DNA of 64,000 bases from Zancudomyces culisetae HAW-14-8 (lineage: Eukaryota; Fungi; Kickxellomycota): NCBI GenBank assembly GCA_052426225.1, contig JBNJNM010000008.1, forward strand, positions 930,001 through 994,000, written 5' to 3'. Of the stretch, positions 1-13,558 are shown one piece after another; the first letter of the stretch is position 1; each line of letters opens with the position of its first letter. The notes below the pieces were generated by a model. The model was not told the DNA's origin. It did not search any database and was given only the letters and a program-made list of their open reading frames with translations. Both the position numbers and the translations under genes were made by a program.

Positions 1-964
1 CTAATGTCTTCCCAGTGTATACAGCAGTGACTGAGAGATTCGAAAGGGCTTAAGTGAAATATTGAGCAATTTATTCTCTCCGGTTCCAACCCAATAATAT
101 TGGTAATGATATACTAATTTATTCAGGGACTATACCTCTTTAAAATCTGTTTTTATCCAATGTATCTGCGCCTATGTTATATCTAAGCAGGTTCTCTTCT
201 ATAAAACAAGAAACCCAACTGTCTAGCCCCTCGTTTTCCTTTCTTTTATCATGTATAGTTTAAATATCTGCTGTGTAAATACCCAAAAGTACAACTTTGA
301 ACAAAAATTATTTATAAGCTGTAATTAGTTTGTAAATTAAACAAATTCAAAAGTAAATATTTATAAGTGAATAACCCTGCCCTACGCAAGTCTTGCTTCC
401 ATTCACGCACCATAAATAAACCAACATAAATAATACCCCTTCAAGGCCATTTTATCTGTAAAAAAAAGTCGCGTTATTCGAAGAGCTTTAATGTTTTGTT
501 AATGCACTGTTGGTTATATTACAAAGTCAGCATTCAAAGGGTGAGCTGCACTAGTAGTTGGGCTTGCTTTTAAAGTGTGGTTTTAAAGGTGCATATCTAG
601 ATTAAACTTATATCCCGCTTTTTTTTTTCACTCGAAAACGCATGTGTTTTTTGTAGTTAATAGTTGTGCAACTAACTCACAATAACCTAGGTGCTGCTTA
701 ACCAAGTGTGTTGATAGTTCATAATTATAACCAACATCTGCAGGTACCAATTAAACACCAAATAACCCGCATAAATCGCCCTACAAACAATAAAAAAAAA
801 GAAATAGATAAAAGCTAAATTGACATGCATCTACTACAATTGTTCAGCTCTTTGTTTACAGAAACCAATAAAGTGTAACAAAGGACTAAAATGTTCCTCC
901 TACCCCCCATAAAAAAAAATTGGCATAATCAAAAACAAGCTGGTCGGTAAATATACATCTGGAT

Positions 965-3900
965 TTAAGTACACTTAGTTATGTTTAGGGGTTCGAAAGG
1001 CGTAAAATCGCGCTCAATATCACATATATCCTGAATCAGCGATGTATTAAGTTGGGTATACAAACCTCCATCACCAGTAGAAGCACTTTGGTCATCTTTT
1101 CTTGGTATATTAAACAGCTGACTGTGTGAATACGCTTTTTCAGCAAAGCTTTCGAATTGGGCTACATATTCTTTGTACTCAAGTGCCTCAAAAGTGCTCA
1201 AAGTGGGAATGTGAACGTGTGGAAGATCGTTAAATAACTCACTCCTGTCAAAGGAAACAGATGCTGTATTTTTGACGGATTCTATGTCAAACAAGGTCCA
1301 ATCCGTAGATATTGTTGAGGATTCGGAGTTGTCATCACAGGCCCGACCATGAGTAACCAAATGTGGGTCCAAGCCGCGTTGGTTTTTTGAAAATATCTCT
1401 AGCAGTTCATCTCGAACCAACTCGTGACGTTTTGATTCGGTCAGACTGGCAAGGGGTATGTCAGGGTAGAAGGACTGGTCTGCTGATCGACCTTCAGGAA
1501 TATTAGTAGGTCCCATTGGATGCTTCGTTTTTAGGTAATCCAAACGTACCACATCGAGGTTTGTGTCCAAACCAAAGCGCCTGGCAAAGAAATAGTTAGA
1601 GCTAAACTCCTCAGGAACCAATGTACTTGGGCCAGCCTTTATCAATCCACGAATGTAATTCTGTCTCTTCGAAGGTCTTTTTTCATCGCCGGATTTGGAA
1701 GAAAATGGGCTAGCATTTACATCACCTGAGGCAGGACTATAGTGTGAATTAAAACTAAATCTAGGTGGGCTTATCGAGGCTAGAGAGGTGTATGAGTGTG
1801 GATTATAACATTGGCTCCAAATGTCGACATTTGGATATTTTTGTTCGTAGCCACCTACATGTATGCTTTCAACCCCATCAAACCTGGAGATGTCACTTTT
1901 AGCACTAGGATAAATGTAAAGATATCATGTAGATCAGTTAAACATATGCGTATACAAAATATATGTAAAATAAGTAAGGAAAGTAAGTTACGTTTTTGAA
2001 TCGTCTTGCAATACCAATTCTCCACAGTGAAAGGGGTCATCTGCATCTAAGTCTAAAATTTGGTCAGGCGTAGTTTGCTGGCTTTCTAGATGCTTTCCTG
2101 TTTTTTCAAGAAATAAATTGATTCCCTCTTGTCTTTCAGCATCCACAAACGAATTTGAGTAATATCGTTTTAGTGTTACCAAAAAATCTCGCGAGCTGCT
2201 GGACCAGTTGTTCACTTTTCTATATGTTTCAACTGTATTGACTAGATGAGACCCGCCATATTGTAATGCGATTGTGTCACCCAAGTCACGGTACATCTCT
2301 TCAAGAATCACAGCCGCGTCAGAATCAAATGGTAAATATGGCTCAGCTAACGCGCCTAGCTCGTATAGCTGGTGTGCAAACGCTACCTTGCCTATTATTG
2401 ACTGAGCTGCATTGGTTCTATCAAGACAGTCAATACAATTAGACCTTAAAACACCGTTTTGCAGCCGTCGATTCTTTCTGTATGCCATTATCACATTGGG
2501 AGTGCGGCTATATTCAGCGGACTCCCTTCTTGTTCTAAATTCTGCTTCGTCTTTTCGCTTGAGATAGTTTATATAGGGTTCAGGCCCATTATGAAAAAAC
2601 CCGGTAAGAGAGATAGCTTCCTCTCCTATCTCTTCCAGTATTGCCAAGACGTCATCCTCTCTATTTCTCTTCGCTCTAGACATGTCCCAGCTTATGTACA
2701 GTATTTTTTTGTTGTCTGGCAACCCAAGATTTAGGTATTTAATACATTCAAAAAATTCGTCCCCGAGCATAGACTCTCTCTTTGTCGTTTCCCTAATCTA
2801 AAATGGAAACATAAACATGTAAAAAAAAATCCACACCATTTCTTCATAATACGCTTCATCGGCAAAAAAAAAAAGGTTTAATTATCCTCAATATGTGGCA
2901 CTAATTACCTTTATTAGATTCAACGCAATTATAGGAGTCCCATAGCGCTTAAACAGTTGTTGAAAGTGCAAGCCTGCAGTGCGAAAGTATGGATCAGAAA
3001 TATTTAGTTCAATGGGCGGCTTGGGTTTCATTGCAGATGTGTCTTGAGACCAAAACAATGGAATAGATCCTCTGTGTTGAACATACGAAGAGTAGTGCGG
3101 GTTGGAGTTGGGATTTGAGTTTGGCATATCAAACGATGTAAACTCCATAGTATGAACTATCTGTTCAGTCTCCACATCATTCGCTACGTATCCTTTCGCA
3201 TTAATACCGCGTTTCAAAAACCTCACACCAGCGAATACTCTGGAGCGTCGAGCTATCAACGTAATGTAGATATCCTTCCCAATCATTCCCAGCTTTGATT
3301 GTACAGCATAACCATGAATCAACGGCATGATCCATCCAGCTCCTACACCAAGCTTCAATCTCCCATTAGTTATCATCTGATAGTTCCATACAAACATGGT
3401 TTTAAAATTTCCCAAGACAGACTTGCCATGTGTTTTGGAACAGGCGTTGCATTCAGCTGCAGTAAGGTTGGTTTGTAGTGAACTACTTAAATCATAAGTA
3501 TAGCTGAAATAGAAATTTCTTGACAAATCAACACTTTGAAATGTCGCTATGTTTCTATTTAAAACATGTTATAAAATAATACAAATTAGGTTCTTAGTAC
3601 ACCGGCTTTGCCCGAGGGCTAAGAAAAAAAAAGGCTTAATATAGTAGAGTCACTTCAGAATAGTTATAAATAGTACCTCTCTTCTATTGGGCTTTTTTCG
3701 GTGCTTGTAAATAGCGGTACAAGTTTCGCCTCGTCAGCGTGGTATATATAATGTCCACCAAGAACTGCGATTTTTCGACACTTTGTTATGATGGAAATGT
3801 AGTACCCCTTTGTAAACTTAACAAATCCTATAGGGTTTAAAATTTTTGTTATTAACTATAAATGTAGTTGGAGCTATTCGCTGTGATATATTTTATACGT

Positions 3901-4537
3901 CGTGGAATCTCCTTGGTGCTATCCTCTCACTTTCTGAGAAAATTTTGGGATATATCACGATGGTTTTCATAACACAGGAGGTGTATAGTCAAGAAAATAA
4001 AGGTGTGCTGTATTTACCTACTATTGCACAGATTTGGCTTTCTATCAGCTCGACACCGCCAAACTTTTCATTTACTGTCTTTATATCGTGCATAACACTG
4101 TCTATCTCTGTCTTTGTATAAATGACACCATCGTCTACAATGACAGGAACCGAAAATGTTTCGTGTTCAATCTCGAATTTAAGAATTCTGTAAGTATCAC
4201 TGTTTAAATTGGTTCCAACAAGATACAACTTCTATAATATTTACTCTCTCTTTTAACTAGAGTTTTTGTTGTAATAAAAAAAGCAGAAGCAGAAGCAAAA
4301 GCAAAAGCAAAAAATCAGCGATCACAATCTTTGGGATTACAAAGTTACGTCTGACATTTCCTTTCATTCTCAAAAAAAAAGCCTCAATCCCGGGAAAATA
4401 AGAGAAAAAATAAAATGCCAAAATTGAAAAATGGTAGGCTCTTTTACCTCTTTTGTCCTATACATGTTAATTTCGTCGACATCGACAATTGTCATTCCAA
4501 GGGAGTTTTCTCCACAAATTTGCTTTTGTATATTCAT
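965..4537 (-). CDS. FIG4: Polyphosphoinositide (PI(3,5)P2) phosphatase, Sac-domain; 6 exons: 4537-4448, 4231-4018, 3827-3677, 3554-2909, 2797-1992, 1904-965 (~948 aa)
   Basis: Sac motifs FYFSYTYDL, ARRSRVFAGVRFLKRG, ANDVETEQ, RGSIPLFWSQ, catalytic CX5RT (CIDCLDRTN), GDTIALQYGGSHLVN. All GT-AG junctions are phase-compatible. Confidence 0.93.
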
Positions 4538-5208
4538 TTTTCTTATTCTCAGGACCCACTCTTCATTTTAGACTTGTCTTTGTATCTATAATAAGTGATT
4601 TAAACCGAGCTACCGGAAAAGAAAGTTAAATGCCAGTTCTGTTTTCTTTTTGACAACTCAGATTTAGAAAATCGTTTAAAGTTCGTGAAATGCGAAACTG
4701 CTTTTGAAATTAATAGGTCCAACAAAAACCAAATTAATTGGCAGTTAATTTGCCCAAATTATAGAGCTTTGGCATTGTAAAAGAGCTACACAACTCGCAA
4801 AAATACAAAAACAGCAGAGTTCCCGACATTAATATTCCTCTCCTTCCCCACAGCTGTCTTTTACAGCATCATAAATGGGGATTACTGTTAAAAAATAAGC
4901 TTGCAGAATACTCTTGTATTTAAATAGCTATTTTGTATATATAAAAAAGGAAGGGACCACTGCAAAAGTGAAAAAGTATCTAGGTTGGTGACACTTAAAA
5001 GTACAGTACTATAGCAAGAGAGTCTGATGGCTCTATAGTTATCAGTGTGTTAATTGTTGGGTTTTATTTAGAAAAATAGAGAGAGGCCAACCAAATGCAC
5101 TGATTTATAGTTAATACAAATATGCATACAAAAGTGATAATAATAATAGTAATAGTGATAATAGAAATTATATTAGCTACAAAAAAAGATATTAACAGTA
5201 CACGATGC

Positions 5209-7500
5209 TTAAATTGTACTCTGAACATAGCAATGTTCAAAATTCGAAGATTTGCCTTTCCACCAAGTTGAAAATAGCAACTGTGTTATGCCCAGCGATA
5301 TGAGTACATATGCAACAATACCAGAAAGCTGGGTACCCAAGTCTAGTGCTGCTGAAACCAGATAGTTATATCTACTCCATTTCTGATGATGATATCGGTA
5401 CAAATAGTACTGGAATACGAATGCCAGTGCAAAGCTGCACGTCAAGTAGTTTTTGGGAAAGTTCATGGTAGTAAATGTACCTAGAGTGAATATCGGTACA
5501 TTTACTAGGTGCCATCTTTGTTTAGGGTATTTTTTATATAGATAGTAAAATGGAATGGGCAAGACAAGCCCAAGTAGCAAGAAAAGCAGTAGATATTTAT
5601 ATGGTCCATTTTGGTAAAACAGAGCACGGGGACCCAAAACCCCCCATACTAAAGAGTCTTTCAGAAATTTACTAGGCATCTCTAGCGAGTAGTTTACGTT
5701 AGGCAGCGCTATTGCGTATTCAAGCTTGGTTTCCTGAAGATGGTTGTGCATTCCAAGTGAAGCAATAAGTTCGTTTCTTTTATGACTGATAAACAGCCTA
5801 AATACTATGAAATTTGTTAAACACCCAAGAATCGTACCATAAACCTGACAAAATAGTATTTTCCTATATGGAACCTTCAAGTACAGCCCCAGCTTAAAGT
5901 TGGATATTAGTGATAAACATTGAAAAATAGAGCTCGAGCTTATTATCTTGAAAAATCCGTTCGAAAGTGACGATGTCGGTGTTATGAATAGGCCGTGAAG
6001 TAGCCTACAGGTCGAATCCACGTTTATTTGAATGTTTGATATAGCCTGTATCACACCAATTGGTAATGCCATGGCAGTTCCAACTAATGAGGCAAAAATT
6101 GTACCCCATATTGGCAGTGCAATATACCCTACTCTTCCAATGAATGCCAGTGCTGCTACACAAGCTAAAAATATAATTAAAAAAACAGACCCAGGTACTT
6201 CCTTGTACGTTTTCATAAGCTTTACATGTATGTCATTATTGGTAATACTCGCTGTGCTTGTATATACTTTTATAGATCGCCTGTAGTACAGCCAAACGTG
6301 CATTATCGTTGATGCTGCCGATGCAAAGGCAAAACCTGTGGATAGAGCTGCATAAGTTGAAATGTATTTGCTGGACTCCTGCACTAAACTACTATTCATA
6401 TTCTTTGACCCTAAAAACTTGTTTGTTATGTTTATAAGCTCGCTTAGCTCAACTGGAACTCCATGTTGATCGTATATAGATGTTGCAGTAATGGGAAAAC
6501 GTGTTGCATTCCACAAGTTCAGTCCATAATAGGATATTGGCATGATTACCCATAACATTAGTATTGATCCGAGATAGAAATTCATTTGTGCCCAAAATGG
6601 GGTATAAAGGGGACCAAATCGTCCTATAACATTCCAGTCGAACGAGCAGTTTAAAATACCTAACCCATGGAATCCTGAGCTCAAATTACTCATTACCAAA
6701 CTTTGAGGGTTTAAAAGGCACAAAACTGCAACCGAAGAAAGAATAGGAAAAAAGTAACCGGGTAAGAGTTGGTATAGGAATATAAATATTCCCAGAATTA
6801 TGAAAACCCTTCTCTGTATATATTCGTAGCTTGTGTTGGTCCGTTTGTGAAGAAGGTTGTATAATGATACCTGAACAAGAGTAAAGGGCCACACCATGGC
6901 CGAAGGTTCGACTAGAACTCTTTTCACATATCCTGCCATTCCTATTCCTAAGCACTGGGAGGACACAAGAAGAACAATTCCAAATAGATAGCTTGTCATT
7001 GTGTTTTGGTTGTCAATACTTCCCTGGTTTGTAAGCTTATCACCAAGTAGGTTATTTATAGCTAAAACGTTGATAGCTTCTGCACACCCTCCTCCAACAG
7101 TCACGCATACTGTTATTAGCATATGTTCCTTGTAGTTAAATTCTTCTGGGTTCAGCGTAAAGCTTGATCCAAATAGTTTAAACTTTCTCTTTGGGAGAAC
7201 CTTTCCAAGGACAACACCACCAATATACGTGTATAACTGAGATAATAATAGCAACGAGTTCAGATTATAGTTTTGAAAGTACAAGTACTGCGAGATTGCT
7301 GAGCTCAGAATTGTAAGCAACGTTCCCAATATCCAAAACCTTGCTGTAAAGCAAGATTGGTTCTGGTTATCGCTTATGACCACAGTAGATGCGACAATGT
7401 CCACAGGACTATTTTCTCCATATACGTTATATGTATACTCTGAATTGTATGGGGCTTCTTCCTGGCTTCTCAGGGACTTTTTTCTTTCTTTTGATTCCAT
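5209..7500 (-). CDS. Oligopeptide transporter (OPT family), single exon, 763 aa
   Basis: TARFWILG, NPEEFNYKEH, PSAMVWP, LYTPFWA, FKLGLYLKVP, WGVLGP and YNYLVSAALD motifs; many TM helices. Confidence 0.92.
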   Translation of the reverse strand: MESKERKKSLRSQEEAPYNSEYTYNVYGENSPVDIVASTVVISDNQNQSCFTARFWILGTLLTILSSAISQYLYFQNYNLNSLLLLSQLYTYIGGVVLGKVLPKRKFKLFGSSFTLNPEEFNYKEHMLITVCVTVGGGCAEAINVLAINNLLGDKLTNQGSIDNQNTMTSYLFGIVLLVSSQCLGIGMAGYVKRVLVEPSAMVWPFTLVQVSLYNLLHKRTNTSYEYIQRRVFIILGIFIFLYQLLPGYFFPILSSVAVLCLLNPQSLVMSNLSSGFHGLGILNCSFDWNVIGRFGPLYTPFWAQMNFYLGSILMLWVIMPISYYGLNLWNATRFPITATSIYDQHGVPVELSELINITNKFLGSKNMNSSLVQESSKYISTYAALSTGFAFASAASTIMHVWLYYRRSIKVYTSTASITNNDIHVKLMKTYKEVPGSVFLIIFLACVAALAFIGRVGYIALPIWGTIFASLVGTAMALPIGVIQAISNIQINVDSTCRLLHGLFITPTSSLSNGFFKIISSSSIFQCLSLISNFKLGLYLKVPYRKILFCQVYGTILGCLTNFIVFRLFISHKRNELIASLGMHNHLQETKLEYAIALPNVNYSLEMPSKFLKDSLVWGVLGPRALFYQNGPYKYLLLFLLLGLVLPIPFYYLYKKYPKQRWHLVNVPIFTLGTFTTMNFPKNYLTCSFALAFVFQYYLYRYHHQKWSRYNYLVSAALDLGTQLSGIVAYVLISLGITQLLFSTWWKGKSSNFEHCYVQSTI

Positions 7501-7531
7501 CTATTTCTTAAGTATGTGTCGTGTATTCGTT

Positions 7532-7590
7532 TCGCTTTCTCCTTCTCCTTCTCTTTTGCTTTTACTTTTTACTTTTACTTTTACTTTTTG
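7532..7590. repeat. Degenerate hexamer microsatellite (TTCTCC/TTTTGC/TTTTAC) in the OPT 5' region; a similar (AAGCAG/AAGCAA)n lies at 4281-4312 in FIG4 intron 1
   Basis: Read directly. Confidence 0.7.
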
Positions 7591-9863
7591 TGCTTGTTTC
7601 TGTCTTTTTTTTTGAATATTCAACATTCATCTGTGTTTCTTTTGAGATAATTAGCCTGAAAAGTAAAACGAGTTAATACCGGCTACTCAAAACTCAGAAC
7701 CTAAAATAATAATATAACACCGTGTTGATATGTGTTGTCTTTCCTGGCTATCTTCTGCTGAAAACTAGTAGAATAAAAGTTTTGCATATTCTATTCCAGC
7801 TATTTTCGAGGATATTTTGTCCAGATTGAAGTATCACCACTGCAGGCCACAATTGTACCAATATAAATATTTGAACTGATAATCCGTGTCTGCGTATACC
7901 TACTCCTTAAGTGTCTTTTCTTGCAAGCAATGTAGTATAGAACCAAAGTGTGTATTTTTTTGAGTCTAATATCGTTTTTCGTATCAACTCTGGTGGTTTA
8001 TCCTTCTTTTTTCTCTAAAAGTATTGAGTATCCGCAATTAGATATATTAGTTATTTAATACTTAAACTTACAACGTAAATGAAAAGAGAATTAAAAGAGA
8101 TGCTGTACAAAGTGATTTGTGTTATGGTATACTCCTATACTAAGTCTTTATCAAGGTATTACTATAAAATGTCACGTCTTTTCAACTTTCTAATAAGCAC
8201 CCGCGACAAACACGGAATATTTTATTATTTTTTTTTGTATAGTGGGGGATTTTATGTCGTTAATCATTAAACACGCTCAAAAGGTTGTAGTGCCTATTTA
8301 CTCGAAGAGGGAGAGAGGATTCTTTTTTTTTTTAAAAAAAATCAACGCCAAACAAACCTTCATACTTCGAAAAAGTATGTCTCAGTACCAAGTAGATCCC
8401 AACAGGAGCCCCAAAAAACTCATGCCCTTTGATATTGTCTCTACATTGGACTGAGCATCACCATCTAGACCCGTTTAAATACTTGATAAGGTATAACCGC
8501 TTCATCCACCCCACTCTCCCACACATATAAACCTGTATTCCACGATTCTCAACTTTAGTATGCTACTTCTAGAGCACAGTAATAATTTTGGATATACATA
8601 TAGTTTTTGTCCAGCTTTTAAGCTATCTCACCTCCCCTTCTTCCATAGTATCCGCAAATAGTCCCTTGTCGAAAATTTTGTACAACTGTCAACCAACATT
8701 TAAACAGCTCCAGAACATTTTAAATATTTGGTTATTTTTAATGTTACCTGTGTGCTTTTGATCCTATAAATTAATTCAGTTCTAGAATTTTCAGCTCAAA
8801 ATTTCAGATTTATTGCATCGCGTTAATATTGCCCGATGTTCACAATTCATATCCTTAGTAAGGCCTCGAGTATACTATCAGTATTTCTATATCCTATATA
8901 TTGTTATGTTTACAACCCGGAAACTAAATAATAAGAAGTATAAAATATTAGCATAGAACATCAAGTAAATAAGTCTTTACAAAGCTTAATATTTTCCACA
9001 CCTGACCTTTATTTGAAAGTGGAAATAGCGAGGCTTTTATGCAAGCGCGAAATATGTATATATATAAAGGCTACTCACGCATTTACATAAATTCAAAACT
9101 CACAGTGTTTGTAGGGTCCATTTACATATTCCAAATTTAAGCTCTACCAATTGCACATTTATGCTGATTCTATGATGTCAAAAAGTTGCATAGTTCCTAT
9201 TTTTTTATTTTTCAAAAAAAAGAAAAGCGTTGTTGGCCATCGGAAAGAAGTAAATGCAATACAGAGAGTTAAAAGATGAAAAAAGCGCCTACTACTTCAA
9301 GATTGGGCACACATAACTTGAAATTATCACACATAGCACAAATAGTCCTTTGGTAAACCCCAGAATGTGGACAGCGCTCGAGATCTTAATGTATACATGT
9401 TCATTACTTTAGTATATTAATCCCCAGCACTCCTTTAAAAAGAATATTACCAAATAAAAAAAAATGCCATACCTTAACAAAAATACACAGGCTACCTCTC
9501 AGTTATAACTTTGTTAATTCAACCTTTGGTTCAGAGTATATCACGTCTTAGGGGTAATGGGAATAAAGGTTCGTTCAGCGCAACATATGCAGGTAGTTTG
9601 AAACTGCGATAGTCTAAAGAATGCTTCTAAAATATATATCAACGTTTATCGGGGGATACTAGTACGCAGTATTCACAGCTATAATAGCTGATGGTTGCTA
9701 CTCATACAGACATGCTACTTGTATCATAGTTTTTATTTCAGGTCAGATAAATCACCAGAATTCTTTATCAGAAGAGTGTAAAAAAAAAACAGAACAAACG
9801 TATTTCACATTAAATGTACAAACTACTCGTATACAGCAAGACAAAAAATTAAAGACAGTGGAG

Positions 9864-11552
9864 TTATTCCTTCATCAAGCTGTCGCCATCTTGATCAATA
9901 TTTTTCTGTTCTTTTCCAAATTTGTCTTTGATCGCCTTAAGGAAGTCTTCCACACTTGTCAATGCAACAGGTGGCAAATCTATAAAAGCAGGATCCCAAA
10001 CAATATTGTTAGAGAATTACACACATAAAGAACACAGTCGGAAACAAAACTTACCAAATGATTGTGCCAGCGAGGACATTTGTCCAGACTCGAGAGCATA
10101 GCTTAGCGATCGTAGTGCCTGTACAAACTGTGGACTTTTAACGGTTCCTTCAAGCTCATCAACGGTCTTTGGAACACCTTCTGGTAGGTATGGGAAAAGC
10201 GCTAATAGTGAATAGAAAAACACTTTCTTGTAGTACTACAACTCACATTTTACTCTTGTTTGCGTTGTAAAAGAAAACAATAGAAGAGATAAGTCGTAAT
10301 GATAATCATAAAAAGCGACAAGAATAATAGCTGGGTCATTACCTTGGCATAGGTTTTCGTCCTGAAACAATGGTAGCAGGACATCAGGAGTAAGAACCTT
10401 GGAAAGATCCATGGGTTTAGCCTTTGGGCGTTCAGGAACCCGAATGCTAGATAAAAAATCCTTAAGCTTGGATATATCACTAAACTGATCATTCGAAGCC
10501 ACAATGTCCTCATGATTTGGTGGAGATATTTGGTTGAATGCCATATTTGAAGGGTCACCACCTACCCTAGCAGAGGAAAGCGGACGTTTAAACTTTTGCG
10601 CAGTTTCAGAGGCAAGCGCGGATACTTCTTTTTGCCCAGCGAGAATTGATGCCTCGTTGAACTTTGAGGAGCCAGAGGCGCTTTTACCTTTTCCGCTTTT
10701 TGATTCAGCGTGGTTTTCAGACTCTGGATACTCATTATTGATAAGCTCTTTCATCGTTCTTTCGATGTCACTATCTTCAGGAGAGGCAGAACCGTCTATT
10801 ATACTCATAACCTGCTGTGCCGTTGCCCGATCCTGTTTTGGATCGCTCCCTTGCATCCAAAAAAACTGTCTCTGAGTTGATGATTTATAACGTAAAAGGT
10901 AAACCCGGCCTTCTGATTCTTTGACTTTATCAAAGCTGACATCATGTGGAAAAACAACCCACGACTACATTAATAAACAAACTCCTTAATATGACCTTTT
11001 CCGAATACCTTTACTCTTCCCAACTTTCTAACCCCCCCCCTCCCCACGTAGATTATTTAAAAAAGTCAAAAAGCAAAAAAAAACAAACAAACCTCCTCTA
11101 GCCTTCCGGTTTTGCTGTCTTCCCAGCAGAACTTATGCATTCCATCCTCATCCTAGATTGTAGCATTATTTTTTGTTTAATCGGAATAATGTCCCTTGCT
11201 CCCAATAAATCAAAACTTACCTGTTCAATATAGCAAACCCTATTTAAATATATATTAAGCACTTTTATTGGAATTGTCATTTTGTATGTTAAATATTGCA
11301 CCTGAAGTAGGTATTATCTGGGGTTAGGATTGGATTCGATAGATATGACCCAAAATAGTCTAAAAGACCTCGCAAAATGTCATAAGAAGAAACAGAAAAG
11401 ATTTTTTACCCTCGTCTCGGATCTGGTCGTACCCAATCTGTTTCCCCGTCTCTCAAGCATCTTCCAGCCTTAAATTCGAAAACTCTGTTCTCTCGCGATT
11501 GATTTCTGGAGCTTTTTACCTTCTCCGGTCTTGAATACAGTGGTGTTGCCAT
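9864..11552 (-). CDS. RPN13: Proteasomal ubiquitin receptor Rpn13/ADRM1 (Pru domain plus C-terminal DEUBAD-like domain); exons 11552-11410, 11239-11221, 11152-11093, 10964-10343, 10201-10055, 9979-9864
   Basis: Pru motifs EFKAGR, PDPRRG, HKFCW, GRVYLL, FFWMQ; C-terminal LFPYLPE and SPQFVQAL. Phases are consistent. Confidence 0.9.
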
Positions 11553-12648
11553 TTCACTTCTGTTTTTGTTTTTTTATTCGTTTTTGATTTATTGATTATT
11601 TGTCTTTTGCACTTCAATGATAAAATCCAGTAGCATCTACCACGATGTTGAAGAGTTGAACACAGCTTTTTTTTTTCCTTTTGTTTCTTTTAGGTTATGC
11701 AAATTAGATTTGCACATTACCCGTTTTTGAATTTCTAAACCCCGTTTTTTTTAAAAAAAAGCTTACCCAATCAGCATTAGAGAATTAGCGAATGATATCC
11801 GCTGCATAGACGAGAATTCTTTTCAATTGTTAGTAAACAGTAATGCTTAATGTTTTCAGGAGTATGGTTAAGAGAAAGCCGAGGAACACAAACATGCCCT
11901 CCTCCCCATTTTCAAGGAGTCCAATGAAAACCTGCTATGTTTGAGTGGGGAGCACATAGGTACTTTAATGCAGCAATCTTTTTTTTTACAAACCCCTTTG
12001 TTTACTTATTTATTTATTGTCGGTAAAAAGCTTGTAAATTGTTTAACGTGTATGCGCAAAGAGTGATTATATGTGATATGGGCGAGTATATTGTTTTCAT
12101 ATCCAGGTCAGGCATGCTAGAAATAAACCGTTGAATACTCTGAGTATAAGATATGCAATGGCCTTAGGCTTTTCATTTGAAAATCCGAAAACCGGTGTGG
12201 TTTGTTTAGTAGGTCTAACCAAATATATCGAACACAATGTGATCAAAATGATATCGAGTGATGGATAAGTCATGTAATATAGATTAGGTACTGGAGAAAA
12301 GCGCAAATAAAGGATATGTTTCTCTTATTCACATAATTCATCAATTACAACTACCTTAGCCTAAAACAATAGGCTAATAATCGGTGATACTAGTTTGTAT
12401 TTTGAGCTTCAAACCTCTGGTTAGTCATCACAAACCTTTCCTAACAAAGCCATACATTTGATACCATATTTATTTATAAACAAGAAACAAAAGTTATGAA
12501 TACTCTCTAAGCACTAAAAGACTAAATTTAACCAGACCTATATATTTCGTGTGGAAATGTATAAATGGAAAACTAGATATATCTTTGAAGTCACCAGAAG
12601 GTAGAACAATATTAGGAGTGAAATACTTCAAATATTACCAAAAAGAAA

Positions 12649-13260
12649 ATGTCTGTTTTTTTAATAGTGTTCGGGCTTCTGGCTTTTATGATAGTTGTTA
12701 GTAGATTTTTCAAAGGAAGAAACGATAGTGTCCCACATGGAAGGAGTGCAAATAACGTGACTCTAAACACCAAACTTTATCCAAATCTCAATACTCCCAA
12801 TACGAAGACACGCCCGGAATGTCTTGAACAAGCAGAGATAGATAAGATCCCAATAACTCGATTAAAATTAAAGAAAACAGAAACCAAGAGACAAAAACCG
12901 GAAAAAAAAGAGAAGAGGAATGGGAAAGGTGAGAGAGAGGTGAGGGAAGAGAGCGTGAACGGAAGGCAGCCACACCTAAAAATACAAGATCACAACACTA
13001 AAGGCGAGCACAAACGTAAAAGCAAACACAAACATAGACATGAGCATAAGTATAAGTATAAGGAGAAAAGTTCAAATATTTCAAAAATACCAGCTATTGT
13101 GTGTGTTCTCTGCTCAATGAATATATCCATTCAGTCATACATCAGAAAATTACCATGCAAAGATGTGTTTCACCTAAACTGTTTGGATTACCACCTTTCA
13201 AATCTATCAAAATACTGTCCCACTTGCAATTTTGATCTCAAATCTGCGGCTAATGATTGA
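12649..13260 (+). CDS. Single-TM RING-H2-like protein (ATL/RNF-type E3 ligase candidate) with a variant zinc ligand
   Basis: N-terminal hydrophobic helix, basic linker, CVLC...LPCKDVFHLNC...CPTC; A-rich context before the ATG. Confidence 0.75.
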   Translation: MSVFLIVFGLLAFMIVVSRFFKGRNDSVPHGRSANNVTLNTKLYPNLNTPNTKTRPECLEQAEIDKIPITRLKLKKTETKRQKPEKKEKRNGKGEREVREESVNGRQPHLKIQDHNTKGEHKRKSKHKHRHEHKYKYKEKSSNISKIPAIVCVLCSMNISIQSYIRKLPCKDVFHLNCLDYHLSNLSKYCPTCNFDLKSAAND

Positions 13261-13558
13261 GCAGATACTATACTTTCGAATACCGCACATGTTCTTTGAA
13301 CGAAAACTCCGTGTTATATGAAGCATATCATAATATTTTTAGCTAAATAGCTCTCGGGTCCGGTACTCTTTTTTCGCTTTTTTTTACGCCCTTTGGAAGG
13401 GAAAAATATATCTCCTGGGTATTTTAGAGGGTAGGGCAAAAGCTTTCAATAATCATATCTTTTTAATTTAGCCAATTCGGTAAAGATGGCGCAGCCATGA
13501 TATTAATTCTAGGGTACTGAAGTTTTTTTTAATAAAACAACATGCATATGAATAAACA

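Noticed and set aside
7620-9850. Short ORFs and possible exon fragments between OPT and RPN13
   Set aside because: No coherent splice model or recognisable protein.
11815-11960. Two hairpins with ANANNA and ACA motifs resembling an H/ACA snoRNA
   Set aside because: The 5' hairpin is weak, pocket spacing is poor, and no target was identified; an Rfam/snoGPS search would be needed.
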